DNA from: a virus
Taxonomy: Duplodnaviria; Caudoviricetes
Reading direction: 5' to 3' (one strand)
Length of the DNA: 59,081 nt
IMG/VR virus record: IMGVR_UViG_3300033143_004027
Coordinates: 1-59,081 of that record
Shown here: positions 29,871-39,766 of the stretch, piece by piece
Numbering within the stretch: the first letter of the stretch is position 1
Layout of the letters: every line of letters begins with the position of its first letter
Program-made: the position numbers and the translations under genes
Notes under the pieces: generated by a model
What the model saw: only the letters and a program-made list of their open reading frames with translations
Told to the model about the DNA's origin: nothing
Databases searched by the model: none

Positions 29871-30361
29871 TAAGGTTCGGCTTCGTAGTACGTCAGCACA
29901 AACTCAGCAGAATAAGCAAGCAAGCCCATATCGCCCATGTCCTCAATCAGTTCGTGGTCAACGCCTGCGCTAACAAGGCGCCGATTGGTAACAATAACAC
30001 CGCCCAGTTTGTGGCCAGTGTCCATAATGTTAGATACCATATCCTCGCCGACGAGCCGCATCAATTGGTACGGATTAGCCGACGCTGCACCGGTGGCGCG
30101 AATGTGGCTTGTCTTTATGACCGCCGTGACCACAACGGACAGGTCAAGCTGCGTAAAGGTAACACCGTCAGTGCCTTCGGTGACGGCGGGCGTAAAGATA
30201 AGTAGCGGGTAGTCGGTAGTTTCGTCCAGCAGCGTAAGGACGGGGCCTTCGGGCTTGCCAACCCAAGTATGGGTGGTAGTGCCATCAGTTGCAGAAGCCC
30301 CTGCCGCTGTCCGCAATTCGTCAAGGATTGCTTTGGTGGAGAATGACCAGGCCATTACCAT
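29870..30361 (-). CDS. Tail terminator-like protein
   Basis: Position, size and YP motif. Confidence 0.5.
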   Translation of the reverse strand: MVMAWSFSTKAILDELRTAAGASATDGTTTHTWVGKPEGPVLTLLDETTDYPLLIFTPAVTEGTDGVTFTQLDLSVVVTAVIKTSHIRATGAASANPYQLMRLVGEDMVSNIMDTGHKLGGVIVTNRRLVSAGVDHELIEDMGDMGLLAYSAEFVLTYYEAEP

Positions 30362-30546
30362 TCATCCTCTACCGAGCACTTAAATAGTAGATATAGTCCA
30401 TGTCCTGCCAGCCACACAATAGTCATTAGTGCTAACAGCGATATTGGCCCATAGCACCAATGTAGGCCAGCCTCAGTTGCCGCATATCCAAATAGGGCGG
30501 CAATGAGACCTACCAGCGGCACAAAGCACAACACGATTTTAGTCAT
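30355..30546 (-). CDS. Small two-TM membrane protein
   Basis: Hydrophobic 63 aa with AAGGGGG RBS. Confidence 0.5.
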   Translation of the reverse strand: MTKIVLCFVPLVGLIAALFGYAATEAGLHWCYGPISLLALMTIVWLAGHGLYLLFKCSVEDEW

Positions 30547-30572
30547 AGTATTTCCCCCTTGTTCAGATTGTA

Positions 30573-30962
30573 CTACTGTATTGCCTTCCGTTCAACCAGC
30601 ACTTCAATATGGTTGTCGCTGCCCCTAAACGATTCGGTGGTCGGCGGGTCTTGGACAACCCAAATCACATCAATACCTTGGTCGTTAGTTATCGTAATCT
30701 GGTCGCCCTTCTCTATGTCGGTAGCCCTGCCGTCGGTTGCCAGCGGCAAGAAAAGCCTCTGCACATTGCGCTCCAGCGGCCCAACAGCAAACATATCATC
30801 ACTAACACGCAAGGGTACGAGTAGGCAGTTGACTGCCCGTTGAATACCGACCAAGCCCCAAGTGGCAAACTCCATTTGGAGGTCGGCGTCGTAAGATACT
30901 GCCGACCGTTCAATCCGACAGGTCTGTGTCATTATGTTTTCGATGCGGTCGGTGGTTGCCAT
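30573..30962 (-). CDS. Head closure / stopper protein
   Basis: CRIER...DIEKGD.I...HIEV. Confidence 0.65.
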   Translation of the reverse strand: MATTDRIENIMTQTCRIERSAVSYDADLQMEFATWGLVGIQRAVNCLLVPLRVSDDMFAVGPLERNVQRLFLPLATDGRATDIEKGDQITITNDQGIDVIWVVQDPPTTESFRGSDNHIEVLVERKAIQ

Positions 30963-30965
30963 AAA

Positions 30966-32294
30966 TTAGCCCTCAATCGGTTTTCCACCCATTACAAGCA
31001 ACCCCTTGTGTTTCGCTTCTATATCGCGCCACGCCTTCTCCTTGCGGGCCGCCCGCAAGTCTTTCTGTTTAATACCCAGGACCTTCGCACACTCTGGCCA
31101 GTTCAGCTTGCGTTGATAACGCAAGTCCTCCAACGTGGTAGCGACTCGATAGGATGCAGAGTCAACGGCCACTTCGTGAACCGCCTGCGCCACAGCCTCC
31201 GGCTTAATGCCTGCCATCATATCACAGACCGGTTTGCCACAAGGCAAGGCCTCACCGTGCTGCACGTGTGTAAAGCAATCATCGCAACTGTGTATCTGCC
31301 CGTCCTTGTCCTTGAACTTCGGCCCTTCGGGGTACGGTATCTGCAACGGGCGAATTGATGGCAGGTTAGTGCCACGGATTTCGTAGGGAAACAATCCGTA
31401 CAATCCTACACTCGGAATGCCTAATGCGCCCGCCAGGTGTAGTGGCCCACTATCAGCACCGACGAATACATCACAGGTCTTCATCGCCACAGCCAATGCC
31501 CGCATATTCGGCGTATGCCCGCTATAATCAATCATATTCCGTGGTGGCGGTAGCCAGTATTGGGTGCCCAGGATTTGGGTGCCCCACTGCGGCGCCTCTC
31601 CAGCCCCCCCGAACAAGACTATCTCAAAGTCTGCTATCAGTGCCTTAATCAATGCATTCCAGTAGGGCAGCGGCCAGATTCGTGCTGGTGAAGCCTGTCC
31701 AATATGAAGGCCGACGCGGGGCAGTTGCTTGTCGGGCAGGTAAACAAGCCGTTCCTCGCCTGGCAATATCACATAGTCGGGTTGTGCGTCGGCAGGAACC
31801 TCAACGCCCATTGCCCGCGCAAGGAGTAAATGCAACGGTGTTCCTGGGTTATGGCACCGCGGGCAAGTAGTTGCATTGGGGCCACTGATAACGCCTTCTA
31901 TATCAAAGACCGCCTCGTAGCTTTCCACCCAGGCCTTGGCAGGGAAATCTGGCCCTACTTGCCCGATGTAATCAAGCCCCAACCACTCCTCGCCAGTCTT
32001 AACCGAGCAAACATCTACCTGGCAGCCCGCCCGCCGAGCCACCTCCCGCAGCCCAATAGTCATTTGTATCCGGTCGCCCATCCCGCCCCCACCGATAAAG
32101 AGCAAACTACTGACCTTGCCGCCATCCCATTCGTTGGAGTAGGTATAGGGGCCTGCCGCCATTTCCTTCTTTAGTTCATCAGTAATGAAACGGGCCGAGT
32201 TGTATATGGCGTTATAGGTAAGATAAGAACCATTTTGGCGCAATGCACTGTCAAGTAGCTTAATGGGCCGGTGCATCGGGCGAAACTCTATCAC
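30966..32294 (-). CDS. Glycosyltransferase family 9 (heptosyltransferase-like)
   Basis: GGMGD, R.WP...W, VFVGADSGPLHLAGALGIPSVGLYG; GTG start after AGGGGG RBS. Confidence 0.9.
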   Translation of the reverse strand: MIEFRPMHRPIKLLDSALRQNGSYLTYNAIYNSARFITDELKKEMAAGPYTYSNEWDGGKVSSLLFIGGGGMGDRIQMTIGLREVARRAGCQVDVCSVKTGEEWLGLDYIGQVGPDFPAKAWVESYEAVFDIEGVISGPNATTCPRCHNPGTPLHLLLARAMGVEVPADAQPDYVILPGEERLVYLPDKQLPRVGLHIGQASPARIWPLPYWNALIKALIADFEIVLFGGAGEAPQWGTQILGTQYWLPPPRNMIDYSGHTPNMRALAVAMKTCDVFVGADSGPLHLAGALGIPSVGLYGLFPYEIRGTNLPSIRPLQIPYPEGPKFKDKDGQIHSCDDCFTHVQHGEALPCGKPVCDMMAGIKPEAVAQAVHEVAVDSASYRVATTLEDLRYQRKLNWPECAKVLGIKQKDLRAARKEKAWRDIEAKHKGLLVMGGKPIEG

Positions 32295-32308
32295 TTCAAT
32301 TCCCCCTG

Positions 32309-32707
32309 TTAGTCTTCTGTCAGTCTGCGCCGCGACTCTGCTTGTGGTGTCCAGTCTATCGCGGCAACGCCCCAATACGGTGCTGGCTTCTTCGCCAGCG
32401 CAAAGTTGTCCATTGCAAAATAATCATTGGCCATCTCCCGCATCTTCTTGGCCACGTCACGGCGGTCGCCCTTCCACGCTCCTACGCTAACACTCTCGTC
32501 CTCGCGCGCCAACCCCGCCGCCCACGTCAAAAGAGCAAGGCCAGCAGCGGCCCGTAATTTGCCGCTGCCGGCCTCGGTTATGAATATATTGATTTCGGCA
32601 TCTTTGAACTTAGCGTTGCTCACTTCGGTGTCCTGTATGTACAGGCGCACCTTGCCGACATTGGTACTGGGGTCGTATGTGGATTCTGGAGCAGCCACTA
32701 AGTTCAC
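32309..32707 (-). CDS. Head-tail adaptor protein
   Basis: TY.P.T.VGKVRLYI.DT....F.D.EI..F; follows the MCP. Confidence 0.7.
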   Translation of the reverse strand: MNLVAAPESTYDPSTNVGKVRLYIQDTEVSNAKFKDAEINIFITEAGSGKLRAAAGLALLTWAAGLAREDESVSVGAWKGDRRDVAKKMREMANDYFAMDNFALAKKPAPYWGVAAIDWTPQAESRRRLTED

Positions 32708-32727
32708 CTACCTAATCAATCTGGTTC

Positions 32728-33888
32728 TTACGTGGTATCGTCAACCTTCAAGATGCCGCGCCGGCTAACTGCATAAACATCAAAGTCATGCCGGATTTTG
32801 TAAGTGATACCATCGGCAGCTTGTAGGTCTTTTCCGGTCTCATCTTGCTGGAAGAGTTCGGGCCGGTCGCGCCCATTAAGGAAACCAACCTCAATGGTTG
32901 GGAACTCCAACGGGTCGGCGGCCAGATACCAGTCTACGGGACTGGTCAGCTCTTCCAGGTAAACCGGAGTCAGGCTGGCAACTGGAGCGGTCGTATCGGG
33001 TTCCAGGGTGGTTGTCGTGGCACCCGCAATCATCCGCACCCCAGCATTTACTCCGCAAAGCCGCTCGGCGGTATATTGCAACTCGGGCGGCACAATCAGG
33101 TACTTAGGCCGCAGATTCATAATACGTCCCTGCGGTGTAGGCAGATTGGCGAAGTAGTGCATATAGGTTATCAAGTTCGTGTAGTTCAACGGTGCAGCCG
33201 CTGAATACATATTGATACACGAACCCGCAGGAGCCGTTGTGTTAAACAGGCGGCTACCATCACGCATTACCATACCAGAGGTGCTTGTAGATGCGCCAGC
33301 CTCCAGGCAATTGGCAACGTGTTTATTGATGGTGCGCTTCATCGCGGCACCCAGAACAGATGGAATAGCCTGCAATGCCCGCTGGTCATCATTGAAGAGC
33401 ATCTGCCGTGTATACCGGAATAGAATACCATACGTCTCTATTTCTGCATACTCGTACTCTTCTTCGATGCGAGCATCGTCGTAGCCGTGCCCCTCCGGCA
33501 CCATAGGAATAGTACCCGAGGATGTACGGGCTGCCTGCTGCTCATCTACCAGCAAGTCTTCCAGTACGGCCACGTTCTGCCGACGAAAGTTGTTGAACGT
33601 GGCGGGACGGAACGGGATGCGCCAGTTTTCCGAGACGCTATCAAAGGCCTTGTAGAGGTGCGTATCAACGCTCCCACCGAGAATAACTGGCAGGTCGTCG
33701 TCTACCATAGCCTCCTGTACCCGTTCGTGCTGCATACGACAGGCCTCAGCAACGCGGCCTTCCGACACTAATTGTACATAGCGGTTCCATACTGCTTTGT
33801 CCTTCGGTATGTAAGACTCTACTATGTTATCGACGGAGGTAAATCCGCCGAAGAAACTATCGTTTACTTTCGGAATGTAATTCGGCAT
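32728..33888 (-). CDS. Major capsid protein (HK97 fold, Mu gpT-like)
   Basis: TYG..F..TRQ...NDD, PKYLIVPPEL, WYLAADP...IEVGFLNG...P, YKIRHDF. Confidence 0.9.
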   Translation of the reverse strand: MPNYIPKVNDSFFGGFTSVDNIVESYIPKDKAVWNRYVQLVSEGRVAEACRMQHERVQEAMVDDDLPVILGGSVDTHLYKAFDSVSENWRIPFRPATFNNFRRQNVAVLEDLLVDEQQAARTSSGTIPMVPEGHGYDDARIEEEYEYAEIETYGILFRYTRQMLFNDDQRALQAIPSVLGAAMKRTINKHVANCLEAGASTSTSGMVMRDGSRLFNTTAPAGSCINMYSAAAPLNYTNLITYMHYFANLPTPQGRIMNLRPKYLIVPPELQYTAERLCGVNAGVRMIAGATTTTLEPDTTAPVASLTPVYLEELTSPVDWYLAADPLEFPTIEVGFLNGRDRPELFQQDETGKDLQAADGITYKIRHDFDVYAVSRRGILKVDDTT

Positions 33889-33899
33889 TTTTAACCTCC

Positions 33900-34376
33900 T
33901 TAATCAAGGTCCTCGTTGAGTTCGCCTGTCCCCATACCATTGGTAAATATAGCCTTGATATGACAGCGGCTATATCCCTTATCGGTAGCATTGTACGCAG
34001 TGGAAGCTGCGGGGTCGTAGTCCACCACAACACCACAGGCGAGCTTGCCACTCACGTACGGGGTAACGGCGTGGTCTGCCAATACTGTCACCTGGTCGCC
34101 TAGCGATAGGTCGCCACTACAGTAACACTCGAAAATGTCCTCCGAAACGATAACAACCGGAGGCTCATCGGTATCAGTTGCCTTAGCAGAGGCGGCGGGG
34201 ATGTTCTTGACTACACCCCAAACAGCACCGCCCAGCGGCGCGTTTTCTATCAAGTTGGATGTAAGTCCGACAGGGGTGAATGTCGTAGGCGGGGCAGTTG
34301 AACCGTAGTCCATCTTAACGGTCAAGTCCTGCCCGCGCAACCACTTCCACGGGTAGTCGTCGGTAATTTCGGCCAT
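33900..34376 (-). CDS. Head decoration / cement protein
   Basis: Between the scaffold and MCP genes. Confidence 0.55.
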   Translation of the reverse strand: MAEITDDYPWKWLRGQDLTVKMDYGSTAPPTTFTPVGLTSNLIENAPLGGAVWGVVKNIPAASAKATDTDEPPVVIVSEDIFECYCSGDLSLGDQVTVLADHAVTPYVSGKLACGVVVDYDPAASTAYNATDKGYSRCHIKAIFTNGMGTGELNEDLD

Positions 34377-34388
34377 TTGTTACACCTC

Positions 34389-34940
34389 CTACTTCTCTTC
34401 TGGTTTTACTCCTGCTGCCCTGGCAATATCTGCACGGACTTCCTCGGGCGTGAGTGCGGCCGGCGCCTCTGCTTCACTAATAACGCCGGGGGTGCCGGGC
34501 AACCTTACGGATTCGGCGATGGCCTTTTCGTGTTCGGCCACTGCCTTGATTTCTGCGTCTACAGTTTCAACGAACTTCGCTTTGTCGTCGGGCGCGGCAT
34601 CCGTGAACTGTCGCTTCACCATCTGCTTGCCAAGGTCGGTTATATTGGCCTCGGCCAATGCCGCCTGCACTACTTCGCGGGCATCAGCCTGCCGCTCGCG
34701 CATCTCGACAGCGGCCAGGCGAGCTTCGATTTCAGTTGTCTTTGATTCGGTTACTGCTGCCTCTTCTGGCTCGACTTCAGCAGCGGCCTCTTCGGCGGCT
34801 GCGGCGCTCTCTTGGATTTCCGCTTCCAACTCCTCGATGCGCTCATCGAACCCTGCGAGGACTTTATCGCTATATGCCTTCAACACGTCCGCCGGGCAAT
34901 TAGCTTCCAGCAATTCCAGTGTTACATCCGGCCACTCCAT
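34389..34940 (-). CDS. Capsid scaffolding protein
   Basis: Acidic Ala/Glu coiled coil upstream of the decoration and MCP genes. Confidence 0.65.
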   Translation of the reverse strand: MEWPDVTLELLEANCPADVLKAYSDKVLAGFDERIEELEAEIQESAAAAEEAAAEVEPEEAAVTESKTTEIEARLAAVEMRERQADAREVVQAALAEANITDLGKQMVKRQFTDAAPDDKAKFVETVDAEIKAVAEHEKAIAESVRLPGTPGVISEAEAPAALTPEEVRADIARAAGVKPEEK

Positions 34941-34988
34941 AGTTTTCAACTCCTTGTGAGTGGTATATGTAAAGTAAATATGATACAG

Positions 34989-35048
34989 CAAAAACCCCGC
35001 CAACTCGTCCAGCGCGGGGCAAACAAAAAGCCCGCCGAAGCGGGCTTA
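34989..35048 (-). terminator. Two tandem intrinsic terminators
   Basis: AAGCCCGC-TTCG-GCGGGCTT-TTTGTTT and CCCCGC...GCGGGG-TTTTT. Confidence 0.7.
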
Positions 35049-35088
35049 GTGTGTCGGGTTTATTTAACCACTGTACGGCCTGCCGCTG

Positions 35089-35613
35089 CTAAATCGGCTC
35101 ATCATCGTTCCGTTTGAGTTCCGTCTGGATGGCATTAGCAACGGCTTTCATTATGGCAATGGGCAAGCAACAAAGCTCCCAGGCCTTATCACCTTCGCGG
35201 TGCTCTATACTCACTTCGCCTGCCTTGCGCTGAATAACCAGGTCGCCGGAGCGGTCTGACCGGCCTTCCCGCCCATCGTAATGCACCATGTACTTTTCCG
35301 CACTATCTGCGTTATCCTTGGCTGCTTTCAATATGCTTTCCGCAAGCCCTGTCCAAACACGCACGGTGGGGCTGAATTGCCGCTGCCATTTTAATATACG
35401 CAGAGTGCGGGGAATGTTCTCTGGGGGCGTTCCCTCGGCAATTCTTTTTTCATCGGTTATCTTCTGTGTTAGCGTTTTCGGCGGGGCCTTCAGCATTATG
35501 ATATTGCCGGCTACCTTGTCAAAGATAAAGTAACCGCTGTTGTCCTCGCCGGCATCAAACTCTACTCGTGTATCTGGCCAGTAGTCATTAGCTTTGTAGG
35601 TCTTGTGGCTCAT
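35089..35613 (-). CDS. Hypothetical protein inserted in the head module
   Basis: AAGGGGG RBS; followed by terminators. Confidence 0.55.
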   Translation of the reverse strand: MSHKTYKANDYWPDTRVEFDAGEDNSGYFIFDKVAGNIIMLKAPPKTLTQKITDEKRIAEGTPPENIPRTLRILKWQRQFSPTVRVWTGLAESILKAAKDNADSAEKYMVHYDGREGRSDRSGDLVIQRKAGEVSIEHREGDKAWELCCLPIAIMKAVANAIQTELKRNDDEPI

Positions 35614-35635
35614 TGGGTTCCCCCTTATAGTTTGA

Positions 35636-37063
35636 TTATACTTCGCCAACTGCACCAAAGGCCGTCGGGTTTGCTACGAAATCAACTTGACACTTGCCGC
35701 TTAGTTTTGTCGGCACCTGGATTGTGCGCCCGTGATAGTCTTCAACATCAAAGTCATAATGGCCGCCCTCCCAAAGCACACTCAGGCCAGCAGCCCCAGA
35801 GTTCCGTATTGTCTCATTGCCAAAGACAGAAACCACATAATCGGCGGCCTCATTATTGTCAAGTAATACAATGTCACCGACAACTGACTCGGTGGCCTTA
35901 TCATAACGTGGGTTACGGGTATGGCCAGCCAGCGCACGAAGGCTGCGCGGCTCGCCAGGGGCGGGATGGTCAATGTAACAAAGTGAACCATCAAAAGCAT
36001 CCAAGTGAGCCTCCAGAACCTCCGGTTTCCACCGGCGCGTCTTGGGCTTGTTTAGCCCCGCCTTGATAAATGTGCAGTTGCGCAGAATGCGCTCGTCGCC
36101 CTGCTGCCACGAAGCAACCTCAGAAAGTGCCTCGGCGGGCAGCACATAGGACTCCTGCATCGCTTCGGGTGCAGGCGCCTCTTCTCTCTTGGCGGATGTC
36201 GCCATCAGAGCCTCTTTGCGTCGCCCCACGTCTGCCTTCAGCCTGTCAATCTTGATGCCCCAAATCGCTTCAGATAATCGCCGATATAGCTTGGTGCCCA
36301 TGTCTGTCTCCTTCAATACCCATTTGGGCGTTGCTTTCTTGAATGCTTTCTTTACTGCTCCCCAGGCATATTGGGCGCGGCGCTTTTCTGGCCAGCCCTT
36401 CTTCTCGGCGGCATTATAAGCATTACGCCAAATTGTTTGAGCGCGAGCAGGCAGGGAGTTCCGGACGCTCTTGGGGAGTTCAGAGTTGCGGGCGTATGGT
36501 TCCGAAAGGCGGTCAATGCTAATAGCGGATTCGCGAATGCTGCGCGGCATTTTGTCGGCACCAACGCCAAGTTTGCGGTAGGCTGCCCGTATTTTAGCCT
36601 TCACCGCCGCGACTTTGTTGGCTGGTATTTGCACACGTCGTCCGCGAAAACCCCCAGCCGAGAATGCAGCGGCTGCTCTACCCAATTGCCGGACAGTAAC
36701 CTTACCGGGTGTCTCCTCCAACCGAATTTTCCAGGTGCTGGGCTTCTCGCGATCTGGAACATAAGCGTATGCCCGGGCAGAGAACCGGAGCCCTCCCTCT
36801 GTCTTGAACGCGGCTTCCTGCAAGCGGATATATGACCACAACTCAGCTTCGGCGGTACGCTTGGCTATAGCCTTTGCCCTTGTCATTAGATTGGCCTTGA
36901 CTGGCGCAGACAAGTTACTGCTCGCAATATCTGTTAGGGCACTCTCTACGAGTGCACCGTCAATCTCGCCGTCGCTATTCTTGTACGGAAAGAGCCGCTT
37001 GCGTGCATATAGAAAAGAACTATCGGGCAGGTCATTGATAAACTTTGTACTCCAAACAGTCAT
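35636..37063 (-). CDS. Prohead protease-like protein with N-terminal accessory domains including ChaB
   Basis: ELPKSVRNSLPARAQTIWRNAYNAA...AWGAVK (ChaB); C-domain YIDH, GLS, VDFVANP. Confidence 0.75.
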   Translation of the reverse strand: MTVWSTKFINDLPDSSFLYARKRLFPYKNSDGEIDGALVESALTDIASSNLSAPVKANLMTRAKAIAKRTAEAELWSYIRLQEAAFKTEGGLRFSARAYAYVPDREKPSTWKIRLEETPGKVTVRQLGRAAAAFSAGGFRGRRVQIPANKVAAVKAKIRAAYRKLGVGADKMPRSIRESAISIDRLSEPYARNSELPKSVRNSLPARAQTIWRNAYNAAEKKGWPEKRRAQYAWGAVKKAFKKATPKWVLKETDMGTKLYRRLSEAIWGIKIDRLKADVGRRKEALMATSAKREEAPAPEAMQESYVLPAEALSEVASWQQGDERILRNCTFIKAGLNKPKTRRWKPEVLEAHLDAFDGSLCYIDHPAPGEPRSLRALAGHTRNPRYDKATESVVGDIVLLDNNEAADYVVSVFGNETIRNSGAAGLSVLWEGGHYDFDVEDYHGRTIQVPTKLSGKCQVDFVANPTAFGAVGEV

Positions 37064-37194
37064 CGAGGGTCACATCCTATTTTCGTACTGGCAATGCGCT
37101 CCCCCTGTATAATACCGATTGCTGTGCCCACAAGGCCCGTAGGCGGAAAGTTTGCTATAATATGAGGTATAGTGAAGGGCAGAAAAGAAATGGC

Positions 37195-37584
37195 CTAGAA
37201 CGGCTTATTTTCCATTCGTAACTTGAGCAATGCCCCACAGATAGAATCTATTGCCCGCTCATTATGGCCAACATATAGGTCTTTAGCCAATGTGGCTGCT
37301 GGCTCGGAGAGCCGCCTGCGCGTTTCCGTAACAACATCGTCTGTATCAGTCAAAACTATATGGAGCAATTCATGTATGATACTGCCAATAATTGCCTTAT
37401 CCTCGCGATCGCGGGCAATCGTGACAATAGCCCGTCGCGTATAGAAGCGTGTCCGCACATTGGCCGTGTCATCATCGTCGTTAATTTTTTCGGCCTCAAT
37501 ACACTTAACCTCAATAACCCAGTCTTGTAGCCGTAGGAGTTTCTGCCAGTACACAACCTCCCGCTCTATCTGCTTCTTTGTCAA
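37195..37584 (-). CDS. HEXXH zinc metallopeptidase-like protein
   Basis: WQKLLRL.DW, IIHELLH. Confidence 0.7.
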   Translation of the reverse strand: MTKKQIEREVVYWQKLLRLQDWVIEVKCIEAEKINDDDDTANVRTRFYTRRAIVTIARDREDKAIIGSIIHELLHIVLTDTDDVVTETRRRLSEPAATLAKDLYVGHNERAIDSICGALLKLRMENKPF

Positions 37585-37620
37585 CTGTTATCCCCCTTCT
37601 ATTTTGTGAGGCGGGCTGCA

Positions 37621-38697
37621 TTACATTGTCAATTCCGTAAAGCCCAGCGCCTTGAGCTGGGCACCATTAACATTGGCGTTCTCAAATCCCTCCACATCAC
37701 CCCAGAAAGTACCGCCGCTCAGGTAGCCGTGCAACCTTGGTGGAGGCCACACACTCCCCTCCTGAGCCACAATGACTTGCTCCTGGCCACGGGCAAGTAA
37801 TCTATTTTCCCGGTCATACTTACCCCCTGGGACTAGCGTCATCGCACAAAGGCAAATATGGACACCGTTGACTGCATTGACAATTTGCCGCAACCGGCCC
37901 GGCAGCAATGGGTTGTAGCAGTCGTAAATTATCATCCAGTCCATAGTGCCGTAAAACGGTCTGCCGCCAGCCTGCAATACGAGCGGTGCTGTTTCTGCAA
38001 CAAACTCGCAGGCCAGATGTATGCTGTGGGGTAAGTCTATCTCCGCCTTGTGCCCCAAGTAATCAACTACCATTATCGGGCTGCCCATCGTTATGGGCTG
38101 GCCGTCTTCGTCTTCCTCAACGGGGCGGATCTTCTGGAACATTAGCTCGCAGCCGTTGTTGCCCAGCAGGATGCCCTTGACACGTGGCGCAATCTCCTGA
38201 ATCAGCGCCACGAACTTGCCATAATCCGGCAACTTTCGCTGAGGCCAAACTGACGGTGTTGGCCCAGCGAGTGAACCGTAATAAAGCGGAACCCAAACTA
38301 TGTCGTTGGGGCCCACTGCATCTGCTACCCATTCCCATTCCTCAAAGACTGGATCGTGGTCGGGTTCGACTGGCATAATAATACGGCCCGGTAGCCAATC
38401 TTTATTTGCGGGCCAGTATTCATAATTCTCGCCTGGATACCACTCACACCATTTATAGGCAGGGTGTGTTGATGCCTGTAGTGCGAGAAACCTTTTCTCG
38501 CCGGTGAAAGCACCTTCTTGCCCCCAGGCCTCAGCGTGGGGATTATACTTTACCTCCTTGGTGTTCATCCGATTAGGTCTATGAGAATAGCCCCACGGGC
38601 GTTTGCAGTTTGCGTGGGCAAAAGCCTCCTCGGCGGTAGAAATATCTTTACCACCAGCGCCTTCGGGCAGCTTATACTTGTGAATCGCTTCACTCAC
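37621..38697 (-). CDS. Hypothetical protein (358 aa)
   Basis: Long ORF coupled to the upstream gene. Confidence 0.65.
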   Translation of the reverse strand: MSEAIHKYKLPEGAGGKDISTAEEAFAHANCKRPWGYSHRPNRMNTKEVKYNPHAEAWGQEGAFTGEKRFLALQASTHPAYKWCEWYPGENYEYWPANKDWLPGRIIMPVEPDHDPVFEEWEWVADAVGPNDIVWVPLYYGSLAGPTPSVWPQRKLPDYGKFVALIQEIAPRVKGILLGNNGCELMFQKIRPVEEDEDGQPITMGSPIMVVDYLGHKAEIDLPHSIHLACEFVAETAPLVLQAGGRPFYGTMDWMIIYDCYNPLLPGRLRQIVNAVNGVHICLCAMTLVPGGKYDRENRLLARGQEQVIVAQEGSVWPPPRLHGYLSGGTFWGDVEGFENANVNGAQLKALGFTELTM

Positions 38698-39267
38698 TGT
38701 GTATTACACCCACAAACTAATATATGCTTTGGCATCAGCCCGAGGTTATCGTCGAAACCAATCTCTTGCCAGGGGAACTCATAGTGAAGCATCTGACCGT
38801 TTGCGTATGTGGCGTGACCAATAAGTGGGACATTCTCACCATCGCCGCTGACCCAGCCGCCCGTGTACCATTCGTGTACCTTAGCAAATTGCTGATAAGG
38901 CAACCCGCAATTCGGGCACTTCTTCGGCTTGCGCTTAAACGGCCACTTCATCGCTTCCCCCTGTTACTGCGTTTGCAATAGTAGCCAATTGTTCGACCCT
39001 AACCCCCAATTTCTTTACTTGTTCTGCCCACCAATCTTCACCCCATAAGCCTATAAGTTCCTGTTCCATTTGTGTGCGCCCGCTACGGCTTTCATGCCAA
39101 TAGCGATGCCAGTTGACATCGTGAAAGCGTAAGCACCCGCAAACCGGAATATCACCAGTGATTTCTTGCTCCATTTCGGCATAGCGCTTTTGTGCGAGTG
39201 TCATATATCCGCCCGCGCCCAGGCTTTCGTATCGTTTAGTGGTGAGAGGTTCCTGGTTCATCATCAA
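38694..39267 (-). CDS. Two hypothetical proteins (38694-38951, 38935-39267)
   Basis: Coupled ORFs with RBSs. Confidence 0.5.
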
Positions 39268-39274
39268 TCCCCCC

Positions 39275-39766
39275 TTAGTTGTTGTACTTGAAACCCAGCT
39301 TTTCGTAGAGATTGCGGGCGGCCTGGTAAAAGTCGTTGCTGCCCGTGCCGAGCTTGATGCGAGTTACTCCCCGCCCGACAAGGACGGCTATCACCGCCGC
39401 GCAAACCCCAAAGCCGAATCCCCGTCGGCGGTGGTCGGGCCGCACTGCAATGGCGCTCATGTGTGCCCAGGTAGGGTCAGTATCGGTTTGCCAACCATGG
39501 GCGGTGGCTACGGGCTGTTCTTCATCGTCTACGATAATCCGCGAAACGCATCCAGCCCCCCCGCGCCCCAACCCCTGGGCTACTTTCTGGCTTACCGCCG
39601 GAACGACAGCACCAAATGCGGGGCTGCACGACATCAAACATTTCACGCATCCCGCATTGTCGCTCGGTTTATACTCTCGAAGCGTATATCCCTCAGGAGG
39701 CGACCATTCTGGAATTGCAGCGGCGGCCTCAGCAGTGAGAATCATGGGTATGCTTTCGTATGTCAC
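39275..39766 (-). CDS. GNAT N-acetyltransferase
   Basis: IAVRPDHRRRGFG motif A; ARNLYEKLGF; GTGA coupling to the upstream gene. Confidence 0.9.
   Translation of the reverse strand: MTYESIPMILTAEAAAAIPEWSPPEGYTLREYKPSDNAGCVKCLMSCSPAFGAVVPAVSQKVAQGLGRGGAGCVSRIIVDDEEQPVATAHGWQTDTDPTWAHMSAIAVRPDHRRRGFGFGVCAAVIAVLVGRGVTRIKLGTGSNDFYQAARNLYEKLGFKYNN

Noticed and set aside
37100-37165. Plus-strand TATAAT boxes as antisense promoters
   Set aside because: No convincing -35 element or downstream plus-strand gene; cannot be supported from sequence alone.
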